Shown piece after piece: positions 1 to 8,691 of a DNA stretch of 44,263 bases. The stretch covers positions 1 through 44,263 of the IMG/VR virus record IMGVR_UViG_3300020215_000021, one strand, 5' to 3'. Origin of the DNA: a virus. The position numbers were made by a program, and so were the translations under genes. Below the pieces are notes generated by a model, which saw only the letters and a list, made by a program, of their open reading frames with translations, ran no database searches and was not told the DNA's origin. Each line of letters starts with the position of its first letter. The first letter of the stretch is position 1.

Positions 1-127
1 GGCGTAGGGCATCACGAAGCGGTTTGCCATGTGGTGTCCTCGAAATGAGAAAGGGCGGCCCGTGGTGGACCGCCCTGTGGCGCGAATGTGATGAGCCGGA
101 CTCGACTCCCGGCGAAAAATCAGCGAC
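1..127. repeat. Terminal direct repeat, copy 1 (identical to 44137..44263)
   Basis: Base-by-base identity from ggcgtagggcatcacgaagcgg to aaaaatcagcgac. It contains the first 30 nt of the tail-fibre CDS. Confidence 0.95.
52..76 (-). terminator. GC-rich hairpin with a U-rich tail on the minus strand, just upstream of the tail-fibre start (possible attenuator/terminator)
   Basis: AGGGCGG (52..58) pairs with CCGCCCT (70..76). The minus-strand read continues TTTCTCATTTCG, then the SD GAGGA and the ATG at 30 (=44166). A duplicate copy lies at 44188..44212. Confidence 0.35.
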
Positions 128-172
128 CGTTTCCCCACCGATTTGCACGCGGGATGGTGGTAGGGTCGGACG

Positions 173-1201
173 ATGAGACGCTTAGCTATGGGCGCCCTGT
201 GCGCCTGCCTCGCGACTTCCGCCCATGCCGGGGACCTGAACCAGCGGTTCTCCATCGGCGGCTGGACCGGCAATGCCTACGCCAGCAATACCACTGGCGC
301 GTTCACTCACTGCGGAATGTGGGCCACGTACAAGAGCGGTATAACGCTGCACTTCGCTGTGCGGCAGGATTTCTCGTGGGCTGTTGGCCTTGTTAACGAA
401 GCGTGGAAATTGCCGAAAGGCAACCGCTATCCCGTACGTTACTTTATTGACCGCAACGCAATCAGGAACGGAGAGGCGGCGGTCAATCAAGATAGCCTCG
501 CCTTGATTGAGATGCCGGATGATAGCGACTTGTTTCGGCAGTTTCAGAATGGGCGGCAGCTCACAATCCTGGCGAATGGACAGGAGTTCAACTTCGACCT
601 GGACGGTACAAGCGGCGCGCTTGGTCATTTGATCGACTGCGTCAACCTGAACAGGAAGGGGGCCTCCAGCTCGAACCCGTTTGCCGCAAGCCAGCCGGGG
701 CTCATTCCCGTTCCGCCGCCACCGCCTCCGGCGCCCCCAGCCACACAGGCAGAGACCATGACGCTCGCGGCGAACCTCATATCGCTCGGTGCCCTGCCGA
801 GCATGCTGTTCTTTGCCCCCAACGAGATACCCGACCTACTCAGGAAGTACGACGTGGCGATGCGGAATGACCGGGCCATCCTGGGCATCCGAGCCGTCCT
901 GAGCCCCAACCGCGCGAACCAAGACCACGCCAACTACTTGGCGGCCGGCTCTGCGAGCGACTGCGTCGGCGGCCAGTTCGCGACCCAGCCGCTCCCGGAG
1001 CCCGGCACGCCCACGCTTGGGAGGGCTGCCAGCGTGTGCAAGCTCTCGGACACGACCGTACACCTCCGGTACACCGTCGTGTCGCGCAAAGCTGGCGGGG
1101 TGTTCGAGTTCGTCCTCATGACGGTGAAGGACCAGTCGGATATCGACGCGGTCGAGGAGCCGCTGCTGACGGCCTTGCGCGCGGCGGTGAAGAGTGACTG
1201 A
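173..1201 (+). CDS. Secreted two-domain protein of unknown function (moron)
   Basis: 342-aa ORF. It has a signal-peptide-like N-terminus (MRRLAMGALCACLATSAHA/GD) and a Pro-rich linker (IPVPPPPPPAPPA) between two ~150-aa parts. It lies on the opposite strand to the flanking virion genes. The 5' half has visibly lower GC. Confidence 0.7.
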   Translation: MRRLAMGALCACLATSAHAGDLNQRFSIGGWTGNAYASNTTGAFTHCGMWATYKSGITLHFAVRQDFSWAVGLVNEAWKLPKGNRYPVRYFIDRNAIRNGEAAVNQDSLALIEMPDDSDLFRQFQNGRQLTILANGQEFNFDLDGTSGALGHLIDCVNLNRKGASSSNPFAASQPGLIPVPPPPPPAPPATQAETMTLAANLISLGALPSMLFFAPNEIPDLLRKYDVAMRNDRAILGIRAVLSPNRANQDHANYLAAGSASDCVGGQFATQPLPEPGTPTLGRAASVCKLSDTTVHLRYTVVSRKAGGVFEFVLMTVKDQSDIDAVEEPLLTALRAAVKSD

Positions 1202-1406
1202 GCCCCGCTACACCTTGAACCTCACGCCCAAGCCGGCCTGGTGGCGCAAGCCACTGGCGGTCCTGGCGGCCGGGAGTTTCATGATCGCCGTCGCCGTGAC
1301 AGTGCGGCTCGTCCCGATTGGCTATACCGCCGCCTTCCTGCTTGGCTGCTTCTGGATGTGCCTGCTGCACCGCATCTACTACGGCCACTGGCCCGATTAC
1401 CGCTAG
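1194..1406 (+). CDS. Small membrane protein (two hydrophobic helices)
   Basis: 70 aa. The GTG start overlaps the upstream stop (GTGA). Hydrophobic stretches are LAVLAAGSFMIAVAVTV and AAFLLGCFWMCLL. Wobble GC is very high. Its stop overlaps the stop of the convergent gene at CTAG 1403..1406. Confidence 0.55.
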   Translation: MTEPRYTLNLTPKPAWWRKPLAVLAAGSFMIAVAVTVRLVPIGYTAAFLLGCFWMCLLHRIYYGHWPDYR

Positions 1407-3631
1407 TCCTGCCCAGCATTGATCGCCGCGGCGCCGGTCGACCCGATGAGGCCGGGCGGCAGCTCCTTGAGGGCGACTTCCCCGGAGGTCGCGCCCACCG
1501 CCTTGACCCCGTAGCCGACGTTCCCCAGGACCGGCATAGCGGCCAGCAGGGCCACCCGCGCCTTCTCTCCCAGGAACGAGGATTTCATCAGGCGCTGCCC
1601 CAGGTTCGCCAGAGCCGGCGTGGTGTTGGAGAAGTTTGCGCCCCCCTTGGTCACGGTGGTGGTGCGGATCGCCGCCTGCTTCAGCAGGTCCAGGGTCTTC
1701 AGCTCCTCCGGCGAGAAGAGCGTCTTCATGATCTGCGGGTTGCGCTCCATCGCCGTGTCGAGCGCGTTGGCGAACTTGGCGCCGGAGAACTCCCGCCGGC
1801 CGGCGTCACGCACATAGGGTCCTTCCGCCGCGCGGGCGAGGCGCATGAAGGCTTCCTCCCGGAGGGCGTTCCATTCGACGCTGCTTTCCCCAACGATCTG
1901 CCGGACGCGCTTCAGGTCGCGGGCGAGGTTCGGCTTGTTGACGAACCCGGTGTCCGCCAGGCCGAAGATGTAGTTCGACACCTGCTCCGGCGGCACCTTG
2001 AAGACAGTCGACCCCGAGCGCTGCTCCTTCTCCAGGATGTCCTGAACGAGATCGTTTCCCTCGAACAGTTTCCCGTACTGGCGCCGCTTCCGGATTGCGG
2101 TCTTCCACGCGTTGATGGCGTTCTGGTCGCCGGACATCAGGCCTTCCTTGGCGATTGCCGGGAGCACTTCGTCGAAGCGCCTCACCATGGCTCGCAGGGC
2201 TGACGCATCCGTCCTGTCGGCCGCCTCGCTGGCAAGGGTGGTGGTCTGCCGCCTCCAGTCGAACAGCGCGGATACCAAGACAGAGCTGTCCGCACTGTTC
2301 GTCAGCTTGTCCAGCTCGGCAAGCTGCCCCTGGGCCTTCGGGGAATGGGCAATGCGGTCCCGCACTTCCTGCTCCCCGCCGATCATGAAGCGGAGCCCCT
2401 GCGCGTCGGTCAGCGGAATGCCGGCCTTCGTCTCGCGCGCCGCGTCGTAGGCCTTGTCGACAATGGCGTTGCCGGACACCGCGCGGGTGTTGAGCGCGTC
2501 CTGAAGGATGGCGCCGGCCTGGTTCGGGGCGGAGGTGACCGGGTAGCCCTTGGTCAGCCCCGCCTTCATCGCATCCACATTGGCCCAGAGCGCGTCCTGT
2601 TGCTCCTGGCGCTTGGTCCGCAGGATGCTTTCCGGGACCTTGCCATAGGCCCCCTTTTCCGCCAGGTCCTCAAACATCTGGTCGGAGGCGCGGCGGGTGA
2701 TGTCGCCCTTGGTCAGGGGGACCTCAACGGGGAGCGACTTTCCCACCGCCGCCACGGCGGCGTCGGCCGGGTTGGCGGCGCCCTTGGCGAGCTTGGTGAA
2801 CTGCCGCAGGTAGTCGTCCGTGACCTGGGATGGGTCGAGGCCGGCCTGTTGCAGGGTGAACTTTCCCGCCTCGGTCAGGGTGCCGGTCGCCGGATCGAAG
2901 AGCTTCCTGTCCGACGCGATCTGCCGGAACAGAGCAGACGCGGCCGGCGCCAGCATCTCGGAGCCCCCGGCGAACACGGCGTTCCCGACCGCATTGGCTG
3001 GGCTGATGCCTTGCTCTGAGCCCGCGGCTCCGGCCGCCACGTCCTGGGCCACTGACCCGGCGGCACCGCCCGCCCCCACGCCCAGCGCCCGCAGGCCCAG
3101 ATTGAGCCCCTTCGTGAGGGCGCCGCCCACCATGCCGAACGGCGCCGTGATGGCGACGTTGGCGCCGAAGTTGTCCACGTCCTGCCCGGAGAACCCAGGG
3201 CGGTTCAGGTAGAACTTCTGCCCCTCCATCTCGGCAATGGTGTTGCCGAACTTGTCCTTGGACAGCACCGCATCGGGGAACGCCTTCTTGAAGATGTCCG
3301 CCTGCCCCTCATCGGTCTGGGCCAGGGCCATCTTGGCGCCGATCTCCCCGAAGCCGGGGATGAACCGGCCCGGCAGTTCGGGATAGTCGAACTCCCGCCG
3401 GCCGTCCCCGGTCACGAAGTCCTTCACGGCGCCAGCGCCCGAGGCGATGGCGCCGCCGGCCGCGGACAGGAAGTCGCCGGCCGCGTTGCCGCTGGCGGGC
3501 CGCGTCTCGGGTTCCGGCTGGGGCGCCCTGGGGCCGTTCAGCACGAGGTCGGCATAGTCCGGTGCCGGAGCGCGCTTCGGCTCGTCGTCCTTGTCCCGGC
3601 CGCCCAGGACCATGTCGGCGTAGTCGACCAT
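1403..3631 (-). CDS. Large internal virion / DNA-ejection protein (742 aa)
   Basis: The ATG at 3631 lies 1 nt after the stop of the upstream gene; the ORF-track start at 3727 would overlap it. This is the last of three large genes after the nozzle gene. The sequence is Ala/Gly-rich and I recognised no enzymatic motif. Confidence 0.65.
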   Translation of the reverse strand: MVDYADMVLGGRDKDDEPKRAPAPDYADLVLNGPRAPQPEPETRPASGNAAGDFLSAAGGAIASGAGAVKDFVTGDGRREFDYPELPGRFIPGFGEIGAKMALAQTDEGQADIFKKAFPDAVLSKDKFGNTIAEMEGQKFYLNRPGFSGQDVDNFGANVAITAPFGMVGGALTKGLNLGLRALGVGAGGAAGSVAQDVAAGAAGSEQGISPANAVGNAVFAGGSEMLAPAASALFRQIASDRKLFDPATGTLTEAGKFTLQQAGLDPSQVTDDYLRQFTKLAKGAANPADAAVAAVGKSLPVEVPLTKGDITRRASDQMFEDLAEKGAYGKVPESILRTKRQEQQDALWANVDAMKAGLTKGYPVTSAPNQAGAILQDALNTRAVSGNAIVDKAYDAARETKAGIPLTDAQGLRFMIGGEQEVRDRIAHSPKAQGQLAELDKLTNSADSSVLVSALFDWRRQTTTLASEAADRTDASALRAMVRRFDEVLPAIAKEGLMSGDQNAINAWKTAIRKRRQYGKLFEGNDLVQDILEKEQRSGSTVFKVPPEQVSNYIFGLADTGFVNKPNLARDLKRVRQIVGESSVEWNALREEAFMRLARAAEGPYVRDAGRREFSGAKFANALDTAMERNPQIMKTLFSPEELKTLDLLKQAAIRTTTVTKGGANFSNTTPALANLGQRLMKSSFLGEKARVALLAAMPVLGNVGYGVKAVGATSGEVALKELPPGLIGSTGAAAINAGQD

Positions 3632-3632
3632 G

Positions 3633-4943
3633 TCAGACCCCGAACTCTTCGGTGAGGCGCAGGCGCACGGCTTCCTGGATCTCCGCATCCTGCGCCTGGG
3701 GGTTCGCCCTGCGCAGGTCCGCATCAAGCTCGTTGCCGCGCTTGCGGATGATGTCCGTCATGCCGTCCAGGCTGATCCCGCCGAAGTTCGCCTTGTCCAA
3801 GCCGTTCTGGCGGATGAACCGCAGGCGGGCGTTGGCGAGCTTGATGGCCCGCTCAGTCGCTTCGACCTTGGACATGAACTTGGTCGGCCCGTCGTTGCCG
3901 GGATCGCCGATGGCGGTCAGCAGGCGCTCGGCTTCCTGCGGGGTGACGGCGGCGCCGCTCATGGCCTTCAGGGTCTGGGTCAGCTCGTTCGCGGCGTCGG
4001 AGCGGAACTGCGAGTAGGCCGTGAGTTCCGCTTGACGCTCCGGGGTGAGCTTGCCCCCAAGCCGCTCCTGCCAGTCCGCCGCGCCCATGTCGAGCTGCGT
4101 GCCGAGCTGGAGGTATTCAGGCTTGAACTTCCCCTTCAGCGACTTGACCCGGTCGAGGCGGAGGGCGTTGTCCTTGAGCTGGGTGTCGATCTCGCTGGCG
4201 GTCGGCTTGGCGAGCCCCGCGCCTACGGGCCCGTCGCTCACCACGAACCCGCCCTTCCCGTCGCTCTCCACCCGCATCTGGCGCGGGCCGGCCGCCGGCA
4301 GGCCAGGGCGCTCCGGCTGCATCGAGAAGCCGGTCGGGCTGTTCTGGTCGGGGGCCGCCACGAGGTTCGGGTCCTTCGGCGCGGTGTACAGCGGCTTGAC
4401 GCTCTCGCCCTGGACGCGAACCACCTGGTTGCCGACTCCCATCGTCTTCGGTGCCGGCGCCACGCGGTCCAGCAGGTCTTTGGTTTCCAGGGCTTCGGCG
4501 AGCTGCTGCTGCACGAAATTGGGATCGTAGTCCTCCGGCACGTTGTCGACAGGCAAGCCCATCTCCCTGGCCTTCAGGCGCGCCGCCCTGTACGCCAGGG
4601 GTCGCCCCGCCTCCGGCAGCGCCTCGACGCTCCCCAGCAGCCGGGCCGTCGTCTCGGAGATGTACTTCAGCTTCTCCCGCTGCTCCTTGCTGGCCTTGGA
4701 CAGCACGTCGAGCGCCTGTCCGGCCCGCTCGGGGTCAGCGACCGCCATGGCGCGGATGGCATCTTGGTCGCCCTCCATGACGCCGGGCATCAGGGCGGCA
4801 AGCTGGTTCTCCCGCTTGGCCTTTCGCTCCGTCTCCGCCGTGCGCGCACGGAGGTATTCGTTCTGTAGCCGGTTGCTCTCGATTGCTGACCCCGTCTGGT
4901 AGATGTCGCGCAGGTCGAGCATGGCAAGCTGATTGGTCGTCAT
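3633..4943 (-). CDS. Internal virion / ejection protein (436 aa)
   Basis: The ATG at 4943 overlaps the upstream stop (ATGA). The product is charged and helical (MTTNQLAMLDLRDIYQ...). The call rests on its position in the ejection-protein block. Confidence 0.6.
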   Translation of the reverse strand: MTTNQLAMLDLRDIYQTGSAIESNRLQNEYLRARTAETERKAKRENQLAALMPGVMEGDQDAIRAMAVADPERAGQALDVLSKASKEQREKLKYISETTARLLGSVEALPEAGRPLAYRAARLKAREMGLPVDNVPEDYDPNFVQQQLAEALETKDLLDRVAPAPKTMGVGNQVVRVQGESVKPLYTAPKDPNLVAAPDQNSPTGFSMQPERPGLPAAGPRQMRVESDGKGGFVVSDGPVGAGLAKPTASEIDTQLKDNALRLDRVKSLKGKFKPEYLQLGTQLDMGAADWQERLGGKLTPERQAELTAYSQFRSDAANELTQTLKAMSGAAVTPQEAERLLTAIGDPGNDGPTKFMSKVEATERAIKLANARLRFIRQNGLDKANFGGISLDGMTDIIRKRGNELDADLRRANPQAQDAEIQEAVRLRLTEEFGV

Positions 4944-6694
4944 CCGCGGAACCACCCCTGTGACATGCCATAGGCGAAGAGGCCGTTGCTCAGGCCGTTG
5001 TTGATGGCGCTGGCGACCCCGAGCGCGCCCTGCGCCCGGGCCTGCCCCGCCGCCATCGTCGTGGCGGTGTTGTTGTTCGACAGCCGGTTCGAGATGTTCA
5101 GGTTGGCCGCTGCGTAGTCCCGCAGGCCATTGGACACGTTGTTCGTGTAGTTCCCGCCGGCCGCGGTCATCCCCTGCCCGTAGGTCTGCCCGATCTGAAG
5201 GAGCTGGTTGGTCGTGCCTTGCCCGAGCGCCTGCGCCTGGGTCGCCTGCCCTACCGCCAGATTGGCACCGGTCGTGCCCGAGGTCTGCGCGATGCTGGCG
5301 AGGTTCCCGCCGGCCCGCTCGTAGGTGCTCCCCGCGGCAAGCCCACGGTTGGTACGGATGGTGGAGAGCGTCTGCCCGCGGTTGTTGGCATTGGCCGCCG
5401 TGGCGGCGCCGCGGTCGCGCGCGATGGCGGCGAGTTGGTTGCCCTCCTGCTGGGTCATGTCCGCGACGGTCATGCCCCGCTGGCGGGCGATCTCGGCAAG
5501 CTGGTTCGTGCGCGCCTCGTAGGCCGCCGCCGTGGCAGTGCCACGGTCGCGCTCGTTCCTGCCCAGGCTTTCGCCCATGCCGATTGCCATCGTGCCGAGG
5601 GTCTTGCCGCGGTCCTGCTCGTTGGATGCCAGGTTACGCCCGGCCGCATCCTCCAGCCCCGCGATGTCGGTCGACGCCTGTTGCCCTGCCCCTGCAATGC
5701 CGGCCACGCGGTTGTAGATGTTGCCGAACTCTTCCGAGGCGAGCCCCTGCCCGTACTGCGTGATGCCCTTGTCCTGCGCGCCGGAGCGCAACCGGCCCCG
5801 CGCGGCGGCGGAGCGGTCCAGCGCCTTGACGCCTTCGGAGAGGCGGAACTGGTAGGCGGGGTTCGCCTCCATGAAGGAACGGAGATAGTTGGGGTCGGCC
5901 GTGCCCGAAGTCCCCGCCAGCTTCTCCAGCACGTTGAGCGCACGACCCCCCGCATCGGCATAGGGTCGAAGGTTCGCGGTTGCCCGGTCGCGCCCGGTCA
6001 GCAGGTCGGCGCGCGCCCGGTTGAACCCCATGTCGGCGCGGTCGATACCCTGGCTGTAGCCGGCCTGGAGATAGTCGCGGGCCTTGTCGTAGCCGTAGTT
6101 CAGCCGGTTCTCGACGCCCTCGTACCCCCGCGCCACCTCGCCGCGGGAGGCGTCGAAGCCCTCGCGCAGCAGGTTGCGCGCGCCCCCATACCCGGCCGAG
6201 ACGGCGCGCCCGGCCTCATCAAAGCCAGCGTCGAGACGGCTGTCAGCGTCCGTGAACCCGCGATCTGCGTCCTGGTATGCGCCCTCGAAACTCGCGCCGA
6301 TCTCGTGCAGTGCGTTGCCACGGGCCCACTCGGTGTCCTGCCGCGCCTGCCCGAAGCCAGCCGTCGCGTCGTCCCGGCCACGCTGGTACAGCAGCTCGTT
6401 CCTTGCCTCGCCGCGGTCCATCTGCTCGCGGGCGAGCGCCGTCTGCTCGGTGTTGAGGTCCCGCAGGAAGTTGGTCTGACGGTCATACTGCTGGGTCTGA
6501 AACTCACGGTCTTCCTGCGCCATCTCGCGCGCAAACTCGCGGTCCTCCGCGGCGATGCGCTCGTTGGCGGCGGCAGCCTCGTTGGCGGCCCGGACTTGCG
6601 ACCGGGACGCGCTGCGGGAAGCGCCGGCGCCAATCGCCGTGGAACCGATGATGGCCGTCCCGATGATGGCGGCGCCTAGGGTGCTGACTGCCAT
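4940..6694 (-). CDS. Internal virion / ejection protein with an N-terminal TM helix and an 11-residue periodic repeat (584 aa)
   Basis: N-terminal hydrophobic segment AVSTLGAAIIGTAIIGSTAIGAG. Aromatic residues fall exactly every 11 residues from 136 to 224. The C-terminus is Asn/Gly/Ala-rich. Confidence 0.65.
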   Translation of the reverse strand: MAVSTLGAAIIGTAIIGSTAIGAGASRSASRSQVRAANEAAAANERIAAEDREFAREMAQEDREFQTQQYDRQTNFLRDLNTEQTALAREQMDRGEARNELLYQRGRDDATAGFGQARQDTEWARGNALHEIGASFEGAYQDADRGFTDADSRLDAGFDEAGRAVSAGYGGARNLLREGFDASRGEVARGYEGVENRLNYGYDKARDYLQAGYSQGIDRADMGFNRARADLLTGRDRATANLRPYADAGGRALNVLEKLAGTSGTADPNYLRSFMEANPAYQFRLSEGVKALDRSAAARGRLRSGAQDKGITQYGQGLASEEFGNIYNRVAGIAGAGQQASTDIAGLEDAAGRNLASNEQDRGKTLGTMAIGMGESLGRNERDRGTATAAAYEARTNQLAEIARQRGMTVADMTQQEGNQLAAIARDRGAATAANANNRGQTLSTIRTNRGLAAGSTYERAGGNLASIAQTSGTTGANLAVGQATQAQALGQGTTNQLLQIGQTYGQGMTAAGGNYTNNVSNGLRDYAAANLNISNRLSNNNTATTMAAGQARAQGALGVASAINNGLSNGLFAYGMSQGWFRG

Positions 6695-6695
6695 G

Positions 6696-7136
6696 TTAGA
6701 ACCTCTTCAGATAGCACCGCTCGGAGGGGGTGTAGCCGCGGCGGCGGTAGAGGAGCCCCAGCGTCTCGCTGCGCATATGCTCCACGGCCATCATCGTGAA
6801 CGACTGCGCGCCACGGTCGCGGGCCGCGTCTTCAAGCCGTGACAGCAGGATCGTTCCACTTCCCCGATGGGAAGGAGCGACCCACCAGAACACTTCCTGG
6901 CCCGTGAGGTGGGCTCGGTTGAAGTAGAAGGGGTAGACAAGGGCGCCGGCCATCCCGACGATCCGCCCACCTTCCTCCATGACAAGGAGGATGCCGCCGG
7001 GCGTGGTGATGAGATCGTGCAGCGTCTTTTCGACCGACGCGTCGTCCCACTCCACCGGCCACCCAGCCGCATCGAAGAAGCGACGGCCTTCCACCATCAG
7101 GCTTGGGATGTCCTCCGGTAGCGCGTCCCTGATCAC
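6696..7136 (-). CDS. GNAT-family N-acetyltransferase (146 aa)
   Basis: GNAT-like sequence: (M)IRDALPEDIPSL..., ILLVMEEGGRIVGMAGAL, WWVAPSHRGSGTILLSRLEDAARDRGA (an R-G-x-G acetyl-CoA loop). A GTG start at 7136 overlaps the stop of the small upstream ORF (GTGA). The ORF-track extension to 7307 reads as low-information sequence. Confidence 0.75.
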   Translation of the reverse strand: MIRDALPEDIPSLMVEGRRFFDAAGWPVEWDDASVEKTLHDLITTPGGILLVMEEGGRIVGMAGALVYPFYFNRAHLTGQEVFWWVAPSHRGSGTILLSRLEDAARDRGAQSFTMMAVEHMRSETLGLLYRRRGYTPSERCYLKRF

Positions 7137-7273
7137 AACCCACCCGCCGTCAGCCGCTCGTTGATGACGGACGCGAACTGCGTCAGCCACCGTTGCCAGA
7201 TCGGCGTGACCATCCCCGTCTTGGGATCGACCATGGGCGTCTTGACCGGCGGCGGGGGAAGCGGCTGGGCCAT
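7133..7273 (-). CDS. Small ORF (46 aa) coupled to both the nozzle and GNAT genes
   Basis: Not in the ORF track (under 60 aa). The ATG at 7273 overlaps the nozzle stop (TGATG), and its stop overlaps the GNAT GTG. Product: MAQPLPPPPVKTPMVDPKTGMVTPIWQRWLTQFASVINERLTAGGL. Confidence 0.45.
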   Translation of the reverse strand: MAQPLPPPPVKTPMVDPKTGMVTPIWQRWLTQFASVINERLTAGGL

Positions 7274-8691
7274 CAGGAGGTCCCCTTCTCGAAGTCGAGC
7301 ACGGCACCGATCACCGCCACCTTGACCGGGTCGCTGATCCAGAGCCGGAACACCCGTTCCCGCGCCTGTCCCAGCCGGCGGAACATCGCCCGCTGCCGGT
7401 AGGCACCCCTGGGCCCGAAGGTCACGCTGCGCGGGTTCGACCAGGTGCGCGCCCCGTCGTCCGACCAGTCGAGCCGTACCTGCGGGTCGCTGCCCTGGCC
7501 CGTGTTCAGCCCGACGCCCGCCTCAAGGTCGATCTGGAGGGCGGAGAACGTCATCCGCACGTTGTCCATGCTGATGGGCGGGGAGACGGCCTGCCGGACG
7601 ATCTCCGCCCCGTCCTCGGTGTAGGTGTCCAGATCCAGCTCGTAGAGGGCGCCGGTGGAGTAGTGCCCGACCAGGTGCTTGCCGTAGCAGGCGGCGTAGG
7701 TGCCGACGATCCAGCGGGAGAAGTCCCCTGTCGCCGGGTTCCACGTCCCGCGCTCGTGCCACATGCCCGTGGTCGGGTCGAAGACGATGGTGACGCTCTC
7801 GGAGGGGAAGTTGCACACCACGAAGGGATGGCCCTCCTGGGTGTAGGAGAACATCTCCGCGTCCGAGACGGTGGCGAAGCCGTCGAGCAGGGCGTCGATG
7901 GCGGGGGTGCTGACCCGCTCCTCCTGGTATCCCGCCCCGCGGTAGATGACCCGGTCGTCGCCGATCCAGTACACCACCCCGTCGACCGAGGTCACCGCCC
8001 GCGCCCCGATGATGCCGCACTGGAGGATGGCACCGGCGACGCGTTCCAGGGGAAAGTCGGCGGCGCCGGTGTTGACCCACACCTCCGTGGTCTGGTTGCC
8101 GAAGAGCCACACCTCGGAGCGGTTGACGAACACCCGCACCAGCCCGTCCGTGGAACTCTCCGCCGCGGCGAAGTCCAGCGCGTCGTAGGCGGTCAGGTCG
8201 CGCAGGTCGGAGAGAAAGAACTCCTCGCTATCGGGCCGGGTGAACACGCCGTACCCGTCGATGTAGTCGACCGTCGCAGCCTCACCGAAATCCGGGTCCG
8301 TCACCTGCGCGAACGCCGCGGTGTCCTTGTTGTAGACGTAGAGGTCGTAGAGGTCGTTCAGCACCCCGAGCTGGTAGCCGTTCTCCACCATGTAGACCGG
8401 CCCCGATCCCGGGACGGTCCCGAGGCTGGTGGCCGCCCCCGTCGACGTGACCCGGTACAGCGCATTCCCCGACACGACGTACAGCACGCCGGCCATAGGC
8501 TTCTGCCCGCGGATCGGGCCGGTTCCCACGGTGGCGAAGGAGGCGAGGCCCGGCGTGCCGTACAGCACCACCGGTGACTTGGCGTCCTGGGGCGCGCTCT
8601 CCGGGTAGAGGTTCATGAGCCGTTGCGCGGACAGCGGCTTGGACCGGGACCGGTAGGACTGCGTGGCGAAGGGGACCTTGAGGGTGGGCAT
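7273..8691 (-). CDS. Tail nozzle / tail tubular protein B-like (P22 gp10-type)
   Basis: 472 aa, the size I recall for P22 gp10. The C-terminal pattern (WSDDGARTWSNPRSVTFGPRGAYRQRAMFRRLGQARERVFRL) parallels the gp10 C-terminus as I remember it. The gene follows the adaptor gene with a TGATG overlap. Confidence 0.6.
   Translation of the reverse strand: MPTLKVPFATQSYRSRSKPLSAQRLMNLYPESAPQDAKSPVVLYGTPGLASFATVGTGPIRGQKPMAGVLYVVSGNALYRVTSTGAATSLGTVPGSGPVYMVENGYQLGVLNDLYDLYVYNKDTAAFAQVTDPDFGEAATVDYIDGYGVFTRPDSEEFFLSDLRDLTAYDALDFAAAESSTDGLVRVFVNRSEVWLFGNQTTEVWVNTGAADFPLERVAGAILQCGIIGARAVTSVDGVVYWIGDDRVIYRGAGYQEERVSTPAIDALLDGFATVSDAEMFSYTQEGHPFVVCNFPSESVTIVFDPTTGMWHERGTWNPATGDFSRWIVGTYAACYGKHLVGHYSTGALYELDLDTYTEDGAEIVRQAVSPPISMDNVRMTFSALQIDLEAGVGLNTGQGSDPQVRLDWSDDGARTWSNPRSVTFGPRGAYRQRAMFRRLGQARERVFRLWISDPVKVAVIGAVLDFEKGTS

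Noticed and set aside
1241-2203. 320-aa plus-strand ORF (and 1620..1817, 2112..2450, 2345..3019) lying opposite the 742-aa ejection-protein gene
   Set aside because: These are typical high-GC shadow ORFs. Their products are Arg/Gly/Pro/Leu-rich. They have no SD or operon context, and they are fully contained within a better-supported minus-strand gene.
3630-4868. 412-aa plus-strand ORF opposite 3633..4943, and 486-aa ORF 5219..6679 opposite 4940..6694
   Set aside because: These are antisense shadows with low-information Arg/Ala/Gly/Leu composition. The minus-strand genes have coupled starts and protein-like sequence.
7137-7307. ORF-track N-terminal extension of the GNAT gene (203 aa)
   Set aside because: The extension is Pro/Ala/Gly/Asp-rich and would overlap the nozzle gene. 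A separate 46-aa ORF in another frame fills the gap with coupled junctions. The GNAT domain starts naturally at (M)IRDALPED.
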